32,410 nucleotides of DNA from Spirogloea muscicola (taxonomy: Eukaryota), in contig WELB01000015.1 in the NCBI GenBank assembly GCA_009602725.1, positions 797,536-829,945 of the forward strand, written 5' to 3'. The notes below the pieces were generated by a model. It saw nothing but the letters and a program-made list of their open reading frames with translations, was not told the DNA's origin and ran no database searches. Shown here in pieces: positions 11,866 to 23,243 of the stretch. The position numbers were made by a program, and so were the translations under genes. Numbering within the stretch: the first letter of the stretch is position 1; each line of letters starts with the position of its first letter.

Positions 11866-12839
11866 TCACAGATCCTTCAGGGCCTTCCCTGGCGTTGTGG
11901 GCTTGCTTCCTGTGCCATCTCTTTCTGTGGGTAGCTGCAACCTTGGACTGCAGGCCACGTCCAGGCGCAGGCCGTCGCAGCGCAGGCTCGTCCTCGGCGT
12001 CGCAGGCCGGCTCGACGCCGGGCTGCTGAGCTGGGAGGTGTGCAGCCGCGGGCTGCCAGCGGCCGACTCCACGCGCAAGCCAATCCACCGCGGCTCCCGC
12101 TCGCCAGGCATGACGAACGCGGGGCCCGTGAAGACCTGCATTGATGTCGGGGGCCCACCAATTTCCAGCAATGTAAGCAGCCATCATTTGACACATTGCA
12201 TGAGTTCAATTTTTGGCAATGTAGCTCAAGGAAAGCCCATAGGCAGGATGGTGGAAGGCTGGAGACAGTAACAGAAGGTGGAGACCTCGTTGTTTAGACG
12301 GGGGGCAAGAGGGGGGAGGGAGGGGGGGAGGAGGGAGGGCGAGAGGTGGGGCTGATAAGGCACCTCGATCGGCTCGTGAGTCTGTGCGGCGCCGGCCTTG
12401 CCGTCAGCGCCGTCTGCTGCAGGCACTGGCGTTGGGCCCCGCCTGGCTGCCGCTCGGCTCAGCTGGCGCGCATGCACGATGCGCAGCGCCATGACGAGGG
12501 CCATGCCTCCGACGAGGACGGCCATGAGCGCGATGATGGGGATGAACGGCATGGGGCCAAATCCCACCGACCGCGCACTGGAGTCACTGCAGGCGAGCCA
12601 AAGAGAGGAGGAGGGAGGAGCTGTTGAGCGCAACGCAGGTCATAGCGGCCGAGGCCTGGCCGTCGCCCGACTCGAGCGCCATGGCTGGAGGACGCCGAGC
12701 AGCGGCAGCAGCAGCAGGTCATCGCCGTGGCAGCGGCATTGACAGATGTAACATACCCAGTCATGTTCGCTGGCGACGGCGCCTCTGCCAAGTCACCGCA
12801 AACGTCGCCGGTGCAGGCGGCCAGCCGGACCCTCCCCAT
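11866..12839 (-). CDS. Small single-pass membrane protein, At5g65660/glutamine-dumper-like; exons 12757..12839, 12364..12586, 11866..12135
   Basis: Phase-consistent introns (GG|GTATGT...CTGCAG|T; GAG|GTGCCT...TGCAG|GTC). The product has SARSVGFG, a hydrophobic TM segment (IPIIALMAVLVGGMALVMAL) and a cytosolic FVMPGEREPRWIG motif resembling VLMPGDxxPKFIA / VIMAGxxxPTFLA. Confidence 0.55.
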
Positions 12840-13094
12840 CGCCGCCGCTGGCCGGCTCTTGGCAGACAGCGACCACCGCAGGGCGGCGAGCAGGCGAAGC
12901 AGCTCCTTGTCACCACGGTGCGGCGCAAGAGCAGGGACCCAACAAATCTCCACTTGGGTCCGACTAGATTGGTCGTTCTGCAGCTGCAGCGGCGGCGAGC
13001 GGCGGCTGAGGCTGCGCGGCGGAGCTGGGGGAGCTGAGCGTGCCGGTGGGTTGGTCTGAATGTGGAGGCCTTGCCAGGTGGGTGGGGGGGGGGG

Positions 13095-13262
13095 NNNNNN
13101 NNNNNNNNNNNNNNNNNNNNNNNNNNNNNNNNNNNNNNNNNNNNNNNNNNNNNNNNNNNNNNNNNNNNNNNNNNNNNNNNNNNNNNNNNNNNNNNNNNNN
13201 NNNNNNNNNNNNNNNNNNNNNNNNNNNNNNNNNNNNNNNNNNNNNNNNNNNNNNNNNNNNNN
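13095..13262. other. Assembly gap (N run)
   Basis: 168 Ns, preceded by poly-G and followed by (GA)n. Confidence 1.
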
Positions 13263-13571
<309 letters not shown>

Positions 13572-14519
13572 CTGGGATGCGGCGCCAGTGGTCCGGTTGG
13601 TGGGCCCCGCCCAGCAACTGGCGGCGGCCTGCCCCAAAAAGCCCGGGGGCGCTGCTGCCCGGTCCTTCCGGGCAGCTCCGATGATTTCTCTGGCGAGCAA
13701 CCCGCGATGCTCGGGCAGCTCCGAGAACTTTTTTGACGGGCAGCCCGCGATGTCCGGGCAGCCAGCGCGGGTGCCCACTCGTATGCTCGACCGCATAAGT
13801 TTTTCCTGCCCCGGGAGGCTGGGCTGCCCTAGTAAATGAACATGAAAAATGCACAGCCCTTCGGGAATATCATGTGGCACTGTAAAACGCATGCTGTGAT
13901 GACAATCCTCCTTTTCTTCATTTTTCCGGGCTGGCTTGAAGCCTAGGGCTTAGGCTTAGCTTAGGGTTTAGGCTTGGCTTTTATCAGAGTGAAATCGACA
14001 AGGTCCGAAGGGGCCGACGAATATGTTGCATTAGCTGTTTCTTTCAGAAAAAGTAAGCCCCAAAAAAGAGGGGCGCGACGGCTGGGAATTCCCAGCCCAA
14101 AGGAACGAACGAGCAAAGCCCCTAAAAGTGTGGACCAAGTCCAAAGGATCTACTTGGGGCAGCCATGGAATTTATTCGGCTGCCCGGATGGACGACAAAC
14201 CCCCCCGACAAAGTAGGTAGGGGCAACCTCCCCCACGGCCAGACAAGTCTCGCCGCCCCACGTGCTGCACGCACCCCGAAAGTCGTCACTGTCACAAGTG
14301 GCCATGGATCGTCGGCAGTGTGTCAGGAAGGTGAGCTGCCTGGCTCCAACGTCGCCAGCCCAGGTATGCCGAATGCCGGCTACCCATCTCCTTCCAACGG
14401 TCCCAGGCTCACGCAGTGCGCCTGCGGGCAGGCCGTGCCGTGGCCGCTGCTTCTGGGTCTCGTCGGGGTGCCTCTTTCCCCAGCTGTATCCTGCTTTCTG
14501 CGCAAGACCTTGTCCAATC

Positions 14520-15065
14520 CCTTGGGTTTAGCCTCTCACAGCCACTGCTGTCAATCCGGAAGAGCTATTCCTCTCCCAGCTGCAACTTACTCAACCTTGC
14601 GGCTGCTGACTCCGGACTACAAAGCTTCCATTCGCCGTAGTTCCGTCGCATAGGTGTTATGTGCTTTTCGCCCCTTTCGGCCCCCTGGGCTGGCCTCTCA
14701 CAGCCATTGCCACTTTGGAAGTGCCCATTCCTTTCTTTCGTTGTTTTCTTTCTCGTCTTTCTTTCCGGGCTGGCTGTTCTCTCTCTCACAGCCATCGCCC
14801 CTTTTGGGAAAGCCACATTCTTTCCGTTATCGTCCAGAGAAGGAGCTCTTCTAAAAGGGGAGAGGGCTGTTGAAAGCCCAGCCCACAAATAAGTGAACAA
14901 GGTCCAAATGGATAACATTTTTCTCACTACCACAAAAGAGAGTCGCCCTCTCTGGAAGAGTCTTTCTCTCACTAGCGAGAGGCCTCATCTGGAGAAGCAC
15001 CTCTTCCAAATGGGGCGAGGGCTGCTGGAAAGCCAGCCCACAAACAAGTGAACAAGGTCCAATGG
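14520..15065. repeat. Cluster of dispersed repeat-family units (GGGCTGGC...TCACAGCCAT and GGGCTG...CCAGCCC hairpin units), including an ~80-bp direct repeat 14833-14911 / 14989-15065
   Basis: GGGCTGGCCTCTCACAGCCATTGCC near 14687 with variants near 14525 and 14767. GAGGGCTGTTGAAAGCCCAGCCCACAAATAAGTGAACAAGGTCCAAATGG is repeated as GAGGGCTGCTGGAAAGCCAGCCCACAAACAAGTGAACAAGGTCCAATGG. Confidence 0.8.
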
Positions 15066-15601
15066 TCATAAGCAGCGCTCACAGAACGCAAATGTCATAA
15101 GCCTAATAGCTGCACTTAAGTGGTTCCTACCATTCCTTGCTACACTGGGCAAAGCTGTGCACCTCATAATCCCGATCAGATAAGGCCTTGAAGCTTGTTC
15201 AGAGAAATGCAGCAGCTGGCCAGGTTTGACCTATGATCAGCGTTTGCATGCAGAAATGACTTCGGAGCGAGTTCAAGGCATTTCTAAGCCATTCATTGGC
15301 ATTTTGCAAGCTTGTAAGAGTGCAAGGACGTTCAATGTCAAACACGGCAAGCTGCAGGCCACTAGCTGGCTATGCAAGCCGTTCTTGTAGCAGCAACACG
15401 AGAATGCAGTACAGGTAGCCTAAACACCTGTATAGTCACAGCTAACCTTGTCCGCTAATTGTTCTTATACTTAAACCAAATAAATTCACATGCACGAGGA
15501 GGATGCTTATGGCACTTCCTTGGCTGAGTGTTTGACAGCCTAACAGGCAGTGATGCAACTGCTGAACAAGTAAGCATTCCCAATGGCTGCACCCTACTGT
15601 A

Positions 15602-18600
15602 TTACAAGCCCACCAGCGGAACCTTGCACGGAAACGTGAAGACAAAATGTGGTACTAGAGACACTTTGTGTCTGCTGACGGCTAGCTCTCCTCCCATACT
15701 CACAACCTGCAGAGTAATCACTGACTTAATTACCAGAGCAACCTTCAAGTTGGTTACCGATTCAATTTTGACAATTTGTGTGATGCATGCTTGACTGTCT
15801 GAACTCGTACATCACTCTGCTCTTAATTCTTCACTGCCATAAGTTGGCACAAGGACTATGACTGTGACCTACTCCTGTTCATTAGGAGATGTCGATTGCA
15901 AGTGAGCGTACCAGCTGCCTGCAGACATGTAGGATAGGGGTGTCGACCAGGAACTTTCTGCTTTGACGCTTCTTGCCAAAAGGGTGATGTTCCTCAGAGG
16001 CCACTTCTTCTGTATACATGATCACAATCATGTCAGTAGCAATGATCTCGATAAGTAGTAAGAGGATAGACTACGCATCTCTGGGCATGTATAAAGGCTG
16101 CTATAGCATGCAAATAGCACAAGCAAGCGCGACCTGCAGACAACCTGTGGAACTTGGCCAAGATTGTCGATAGACTGGAAACAGACGGCCTAGCTTGTCA
16201 CCCTACTGACAAGCTAGACCGAATCTCAGATGTAAGTCACAAACAATAGGCACGGCATCAGCAAATTGTGTGCATGTCAACGATGATCAAAGTAGAAGAG
16301 GTTGAACTGGGTTGCTAATGAGATACTATGACATAATATCAGCTCTCTGTCCTCGTACCTGAGCAAGAGACTTCACATTCTATCCAGATCGGGATACTCG
16401 CTGCTTCCCTATCACAAGGGCTCCCAGAAGACACCTGGCTTCTCAATGAGCCAAAAGACTCAAGCTTGCCAAGATCTGTGTCTTGCCGGTTTGACAAGCT
16501 CCTATCTTGCGCCAGTCTTGCAGCAAAGTCGCCTTCTCCTGACCTGCTTGCAAGATGAGTACCTGAACAGCAACAATCATTTTGATTACGGTGTCTATCA
16601 TTACATCTTAGGCACATACGAGGATGACGAGGATAAACATCGGCAAGCAAGCAAGCAAGCGAACATATGCAAGACAATTATCCCTACTTCTGTACAATTT
16701 GCATAGTCCTCTGAAAGAGCCACAGCCTCAATCTGCTTTGACCGCTTGCTGGGAAACGGAGTCCCACACACTTGGAGGAGAAGCTGGACGTATCTGCCAG
16801 GGTCACAAGCCTCGTACGCCTATCGTCGTCGCCCAGCCAACTGTCATCCGCCTCCTCCCGGCCTCTCCTCACCCCAGGATGTACAGTCACATCTACAGCC
16901 TTGCCACTGGCCGCACCCTCACGCTTCCTCAGGTGCAGAAGAAGGCAGCCTCCGCAAGACGTTATGTCCAGTAAGCGCAGGCACATGTGCTGGCATAACT
17001 GAAGGACCGCCATGGGATCGCCCAAGAGCTGTGGCACAGACCCAGATATGCAGTGTCAGTCAAACCACTTGAAATTTTACAATTACGGATGTATTAACAA
17101 TTGAGTGTCTGCCATAAGAAGGACGGGCTGAAGCTGCAGTATAAAGGAGTAGCCTTAGCATGTCCTGCTATCTTTTTGACCTGCTTGGGCACAGTCTCCT
17201 CCACTTTGTGGATGACTGACACATTCCTCCCCGCGGCAGCTGAGCTGACGCTCTTCGCTGCGATGTCCATCAGCACCTCTGGATAGAAGTCAATCTCGAT
17301 GCTATCCCCACCTGCAAGCCCCAAGATATTGTCATTAGGGGATCATTCTCTGCATGTTCTTATTCAGAGAAACGCATGTATACAAGAATATATATGAGCT
17401 GGGTAGGTGTTGCTCCTAGGTAGGAGCGGGGTGCTGCCAAACGCACCGACTTTGCTGGCGTTGATGCTAATCATCTTGTTGACCATCGTCAGCAACTCTC
17501 CACCACAGGCTCGCATGGTCGCAATGAGTTGCTTTTGCCTGGCTGTAAGCCCAGATGCCGCCAGCATATCCGCCAGCTGAGAGAAAGTCTGCACAAAAAT
17601 AACCAGCATATCATGAACTCCATTCAGATATGCCAACTAACCTCACAATTTCACAGGAAGAAGTAGAATGCAAAGTGCGTGGTACTAACCTTGAGGGGCC
17701 TTTGGATGGCCTCGCCAATGTCAAAGAGAAGTGCATACTTTGCTCTGAGATTGCCACCTGCCTCACAGGATCATCATCAAGATGAGAGTCAACAGCCTGC
17801 AATTGTTGTTCATATCTTAACAATATGAGTGCCAAGGGCACCAGTACATCCTTGCACCGCTAGATAACACAGCAGCTTAAGCTCTCGCATGAAGATATCA
17901 CTCAGAGAGTCGCTTGGTGCTTTAACACACCCATGGCCTGCAGAGCCATTTCGAGATGCATCTGCTTCCGCCTGTACAGCGCATTGCTCTTGGACATGGC
18001 CTGCAGCTCTCGCCGCGCTTTCAACTGCAGGACACAGCGGCCACTAGATTCAGGTGCAAGTTGGGCAAAGAACTGAAGATGCACCCTTAAGTCATCTAGC
18101 TGGCCTAAACCTGTAGATAGACAAGAATCGTCACGGCATCTATTACCTTGCCACAAAAGCATTGCAGGCCCGTAACGTGAGAAAATACATTTCTTTGATT
18201 GTAAGAGGTACTCAATGAAGACAGTATCAGCTGAGTCAACCCAAGCTTAAACCCTACACTATACACAGCTGCAACACGAAGGAACACACCTAGGCGTCTG
18301 ATATTAAGATCTGTGTTCAGAATTGGGCATCTTAGCACAACTCCAACGACCCATCTAACTTACACCTAGACGCACCAGGTTCTTGCTCAGATAGCAGCTC
18401 GCTGTGCAGACGCCGAGAATGACGCCTTGCCCATCCCGGCGTGGCCACAGAGCATTGAGCGAGATGTAGTCATTGTCGTCAGGGTAACCAGGATGCTCAA
18501 TTTCCTCTCTGACTGCTTCACCAGTGCAGAGGACTTGCGCCTTCAAGGCCTCCAGCTGCACTATCTCCTTGCAGAGATTCGGTGGCATGATGTCATGGGG

Positions 18601-20242
18601 CCTCTTCCCTACAAAGTCCTGCATTACACGAATTGCTGCTTCATCTGAGCGTCAAGTAGTAATGTCTTGTCTTTTTAAGATAAGAGTAAAGTGACAAAAG
18701 CTCCTAGAAGCCCCAGCTAATCTCAAGATGGCCCCACATTGAATGCTAGTCAATAGGACCCACCGGGAACGGCGTCATGGTCGTCGTGAGGCAGGCAATG
18801 TACTCATAAGCCATGTCGAAGCCATTGTGTGCGAGCCAGATCTGGTTCTCGCCACTATACAACGCCGCATCCCGCATGAGAAGTGCCAGCTCCGGGGCGT
18901 CCGCGTCGTCTGGTGTGGGCCGTGGCGGTGGAGGTGCCGGCTTCTCCGATGCGCATTGTGGGTCGCTGACAAGAACCAGTTCCTGCTCTGGCGTACTACA
19001 CACAGCCAAGTCACGCACTCTGAGGACTCATCTTTGGAGCTAAGAGCAACATCTAGTCCACGGCGCATGTATTGAAGGCTTGTGCATGTATGTCAAGTGC
19101 CCTCTAGGACATGCAAAAGACCTCTGCAATGAGTAAGCAGCTCATCTACTCATAATATGATCACTTATCAACGTAACAATGAACAGACTCAACAATGTTA
19201 TCAGCATACACATACAATCCTTGTACTTTGACGCGTGTCGGCTCACCAATGGCTCTTGTATGTGCCATTCTCCTGCTCTGTCAGCGACCCATCGGACGAG
19301 CAGCTGAGGAAGGGCTCCGACGGCGCAGCGTGGCCGCTCTCGCTCTTGGGCGGTGAGCTCTCCGTGGCACTCGCAAGCCGGAGCGCCGCCAGCTCCTGCC
19401 GCAGCGCCTCCTTCTCCTGCCTGCTCTGCTCGAGCTGCTGCTGGAAGTCGAGCGCAATCTCCTGCCACGTCGCTGCCGCCACCGCCGCGCTCGCCAGGTC
19501 CTGCACACCGCCTGGCCTGCCACTTAAGGACTTGCATTGGCTCCAATCTCGCATCTCTACATCATCGAGCATGACAGGCTTTAGCAAGCGTTAATTGGAC
19601 ATTACTCCACTAACGGTCATTGCTAGAGCTCCTAATGAGCGAAAGATGGGTCATGGGCTTGGATCCACTGAATGAACAACCTGCGCCTTGACCTCCGCCT
19701 TCAGCGGACTGGCCGGGAAGACCTCCAGGTGTCCTGCCCGATGCTGCTGGTGCTGGGTCAGCGCCGCGGCCAGGTCGGGCGTGTCTGGCGCCAACGTTGA
19801 CCCCGGCGTGTGCCAGGGCGAGGCCAGCGGGCCACTCTGGCGGCCCTCAGTCATGACCATCTACACAGATAGAATGAAATTAATCAATAGATCGACAGTC
19901 CGTGAAGTATGATCATCTGTTTATGACTTCCATAAATGCAAAGGGCCGGCAAGAGGACCAGCACGCGACGATGGCCAGGCCAGCGGCAGAGTAGCAGCAT
20001 GCCTCAGCGTACCAGACCGATGCAAGACAAGTGTGCCGCCAATTGGTGTTCTAATGGAGGAGGAAGATTGCGCAATGGCAACAGTGGTGAGGGGTCAGGA
20101 CGCCTACCTGGATCGGCGGCAGCGCGAAGGGCGCGCCGCTGCGCAGCGCGCTCTCGAGCTCGCGCAGCTGCTGCTGCTCCTCGAAGCTCTGCAGCGCGGC
20201 CAGCTGGCCGAGCTCCTCCTGCTGCTGGGCTAGCAGCAAGTC
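15602..20242 (-). CDS. AHK5/CKI2-like coiled-coil + PAS + histidine-kinase-fold protein with degenerate catalytic boxes and no receiver domain (pseudo-histidine kinase), 5' end uncertain; exons 20108..20242, 19681..19860, 19247..19500, 18764..18995, 18376..18618, 17931..18024, 17690..17757, 17447..17588, 17181..17311, 16743..17028, 16359..16562, 15912..16009, 15602..15706
   Basis: Thirteen GT-AG exons join in phase without stops and are colinear with recalled AHK5 segments: TWQEIALDFQQQLE (coiled coil), DFVGKRPHDI...KAQVLCTG...REEI (PAS), LRAKYALLFDIGEAIQRPLKTFSQLADMLAASGLTARQKQL (HisKA), VEETVPKQLLGDP, IWIECEV, and HVCRQLVVSMGGELAV...FVFTFPCKV (HATPase C-terminal strands). Stop at 15602. Confidence 0.82.
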
Positions 20243-20658
20243 CTGAGAACGCCGGCCAGATGGGCAGTCGGACATCAGGAGGATAACCCAGCAGTCGGCA
20301 TCACAGTTGCAAACGAATCGTCTCAAGTCGAAAGCCTTAGCCGCTGTCATCGTCTGCCTGCTCGTGTGCTGCTCATCTGCAGCTCGTCTATCTGACAATC
20401 ATCTCCACAGCGCTTGTCTTGGAGGCCAGGTCCTGTCCTGGCAGGCTCTCAAGCTGCAGCTAGGACATCCTAGCGGCTACTGCTGCCATGAGGGTCGCGG
20501 CCACAATGCTCGTCCATACCCCTCTCCAGACGCCCACAAAACCCCCTTCCCTCCCTCCCCTCTCTCCCTCCCCTCCCTCCTCCGCCTTCCCTCCCCGCCC
20601 GCCACCGCCCTCGCCCCCCACGGCCCGCCGCGCCTTCCTCCCTCCCTCCCTCCCTCCC

Positions 20659-20826
20659 NNNNNNNNNNNNNNNNNNNNNNNNNNNNNNNNNNNNNNNNNN
20701 NNNNNNNNNNNNNNNNNNNNNNNNNNNNNNNNNNNNNNNNNNNNNNNNNNNNNNNNNNNNNNNNNNNNNNNNNNNNNNNNNNNNNNNNNNNNNNNNNNNN
20801 NNNNNNNNNNNNNNNNNNNNNNNNNN
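20659..20826. other. Assembly gap (N run)
   Basis: 168 Ns after a (CCCT)n-rich tract. Confidence 1.
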
Positions 20827-20847
20827 GTTAGCTTGTCAGATTTGTTT

Positions 20848-21145
20848 GTGCTCACCCGTGGGTACTAATGTCATCTTAGGTACCTTAGATTAGGTCTCCG
20901 TATTATGTAGCATTGTTTAGTCTGCACTCGACTCTGCCTGAACAATGTATTGGCTTGAATTGGCCTCCCTTTCAATTCATGCGCCCCGCGCGCCTTCTCT
21001 CTCTTCCCGAAGTGGGTGAGGGCCAGGAGAAGCCAACCGCAGGCCCCGACGGCTGGCCCCGCCGAGGCACGCGTGGCGAGAGCGAGCAGCTCATCCAGTG
21101 TAAGGCAGTGGCTGTGAGAGGCCAGCCCACAAGGGCCCTGAAAGG
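20848..21145. mobile_element. Partial copy of the MITE-like family (end motif plus internal segments)
   Basis: End motif GTGCTCACCCGTGGGTACT at 20848-20866; internal segment 20952-21002; inverted GGGCTGGCCTCTCACAGCCACTGCC unit at about 21104-21128. Confidence 0.55.
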
Positions 21146-21370
21146 TACGCCGAGATGGGGGACGTATAAGCCCACCGATTTGATCACGCCAGGCGCGGGG
21201 GGCGAGGGGCGTCGCTTCGTCCCGGGGCTCCATCCGGCGGCGCCGCCACGGCGGGCTGGCATTCGGCCACGGAAGCTCCGGCGCCCGAAATGCGGCCCCC
21301 CGGCCCTCCGCCGTTAAGTAGCCGCCATCTGGGGCCCTCACCTCTCATTGCTGACGAGAGGATCACCCCA

Positions 21371-21405
<35 letters not shown>

Positions 21406-21420
21406 GGTCGCCGCCGCCGC
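21371..21420 (+). repeat. (GCC)n trinucleotide repeat
   Basis: About 11 perfect GCC units plus a degenerate extension. Confidence 0.9.
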
Positions 21421-22100
21421 CGCGGCGAGCGCCAGAGCCAGAGCCGCCGGCGTTGGAGCCGTGTGAGCCACTCTCCGCACCCTCCCTCCCCTGCCCCCCT
21501 TCTCCCTCTCCCCGCCTCCGCCCCAGTCGCTTACCGCCTCCCTCGCTTCCGGGGTGGTGTCCGTCCCCAGAAATCAAAACGGTGGACTAATCCGGCCGGG
21601 CATCCGAGCGCCGAAGTATCCACGAGATTGCAAGTGGCGCCACGCGTGCGGCTCGGACATTCCCCCGGGCTCCGCCAGATCTGGCGGTGCCGGCGCCGAC
21701 TTGGCGGGCTGCCCTGCCGACTTGGCGGCTCCGCCACATCCAGCCCATTTTTGTTACCAGCTCGTTCTGGCGGGAGGGGCCCGCCGCCGCTTCGGCGGCC
21801 CTCCGCTAATCTGTTGAGCTGCGACGTCGTGCGGCGCATCGGCGGCGCTCCGCGGCCGCCGCTCTCGCGCTCGTGCCGTGGCTGCTTGAGGGGCCCTGAC
21901 GTCACCGAAGAATTTCGTTGACCAGCCTGTTTCGCGACCCACTCATCCAAATGGGCCAGAATCGAGTGCGTTGTGTCGCTGTGAGCTCTAACGCTTTCCT
22001 GGCCCCTTTTGAACTTTGTACACTCTGTTCTTCTGGGCTGGCCAATCACAAATGTCGCCCCTAACTGGAAGATATTTCTCTAAGTTGTGAACCACCGATC

Positions 22101-22756
22101 CTGGAGTGAGTGGTCTATGTAGAAGTATTGTCCATTTACAGAGGGGGCGATGCCTGCGACGTTCCCACAGAAGTTGCGTGACTTGCAATGCCATTGCCTA
22201 CGAGAGAAAAGAATATGGCTTTGGAAAGACGCTGAAAGAGAGAAAGAAGGGCACTTCCAAAGGGGGCGTGGGCTGTGAACAGCCAGCCAGAGAATTGACT
22301 TGGTCTGAAGGTGCTGAAAAGCGCTGGAAGACATAGTTAAGCTAGTACTATGTACGATAATGACTCACTGACCTCCAGTAGCCGCAAGTCAGAAAGACTA
22401 GTCACTGGAAGCAATTCCGTTGACGACAGCCAGAGGCTGCAGCTAGAGCACGGCCAGCACTCAGGTGCAAGGCATGGGCCATGGACTGCTGGAGGGATAT
22501 GGGAGGGCGCATGCGAAACACCTGCGTTAGCGAGCCAGCGGCGTTGAAGTCGGTCGGCCCGCCTCGCCTGCAGGACACAGCGCGGCTCGCAAGCCGGGTC
22601 AAGAGGTTTACCCACTGAGACCCAAAATCCCCGTGCACATCGATGGCCAAGTTCTGGAGTGAGTGATCTATGTACAGAGGTAAGGTCTTTCCCAAAAGGG
22701 GGCAATGCCTGTGACCCACCCACGGAACTTGCGTGACTCTCACAGCCAATTGCCTT
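22101..22756 (+). repeat. Imperfect ~100-bp direct repeat pair (22101-22200 and 22654-22756)
   Basis: CTGGAGTGAGTG(G/A)TCTATGTA...AGGGGGC(G/A)ATGCCTG(C/T)GAC...CCCAC(A/G)GAA(G/C)TTGCGTGACT...ATTGCCT occurs at both positions. Confidence 0.85.
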
Positions 22757-22936
22757 ACTCTGGAAGGGCTGTTGCTTTCTTAGCGACATCCCTGCATAAG
22801 CCAGGGACTGTTCCTCCTATGTTTCTTTCATTGGTAGCTTGCTGTTTACGACGTCAACACTGAATATTCGGGACGATATGCCTTCTCTTCTAAGACCTTG
22901 ACAGCCTGTAAGTCCCACGCTCGGGTGCTGCGCGCT

Positions 22937-23052
22937 CCACGTCACCGCCCTACGCAGCGGTCGCCACGTGGCGTGAGCTTGCCCGCCAGCTGCGGCGAGC
23001 AGTTGGTGGTCGGCAGGCGGCTCGCGTCCGCATGACGTCACCGACAACGTGG
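22937..23052. promoter_or_regulatory. Cluster of ACGT-core bZIP-type elements (C/G-box, G-box, C-box)
   Basis: CCACGTCA at 22937, palindromic CGCCACGTGGCG at 22962-22973, TGACGTCA at 23033 and ACGTGG at 23047, all within about 115 bp. Confidence 0.35.
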
Positions 23053-23243
23053 ACGGTCCCGGGGACGGTCTACTTGCACTCGCACCCTTGTAGCCGTCCG
23101 GTATTCGGGCATCAGTTAGCGACCTCAATGGTTCTCCCGACCCCTTCGTAGCTGCTACACGCTAGTAGGCCCCTCCGAACCTTTGTCAATTCTATTTGGG
23201 CTGGCATTTCGTAGCCCTTGCCCCCATTGGGAGTGCCAATACT

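Noticed and set aside
14165..14653. 162-aa plus-strand ORF
   Set aside because: No domain motif, begins without clear gene context and runs into the dispersed repeat units.
14520..15065. Repeats with spacers as a possible CRISPR array
   Set aside because: Units are degenerate, irregularly spaced, in both orientations and dispersed, in a eukaryotic context with no cas genes.
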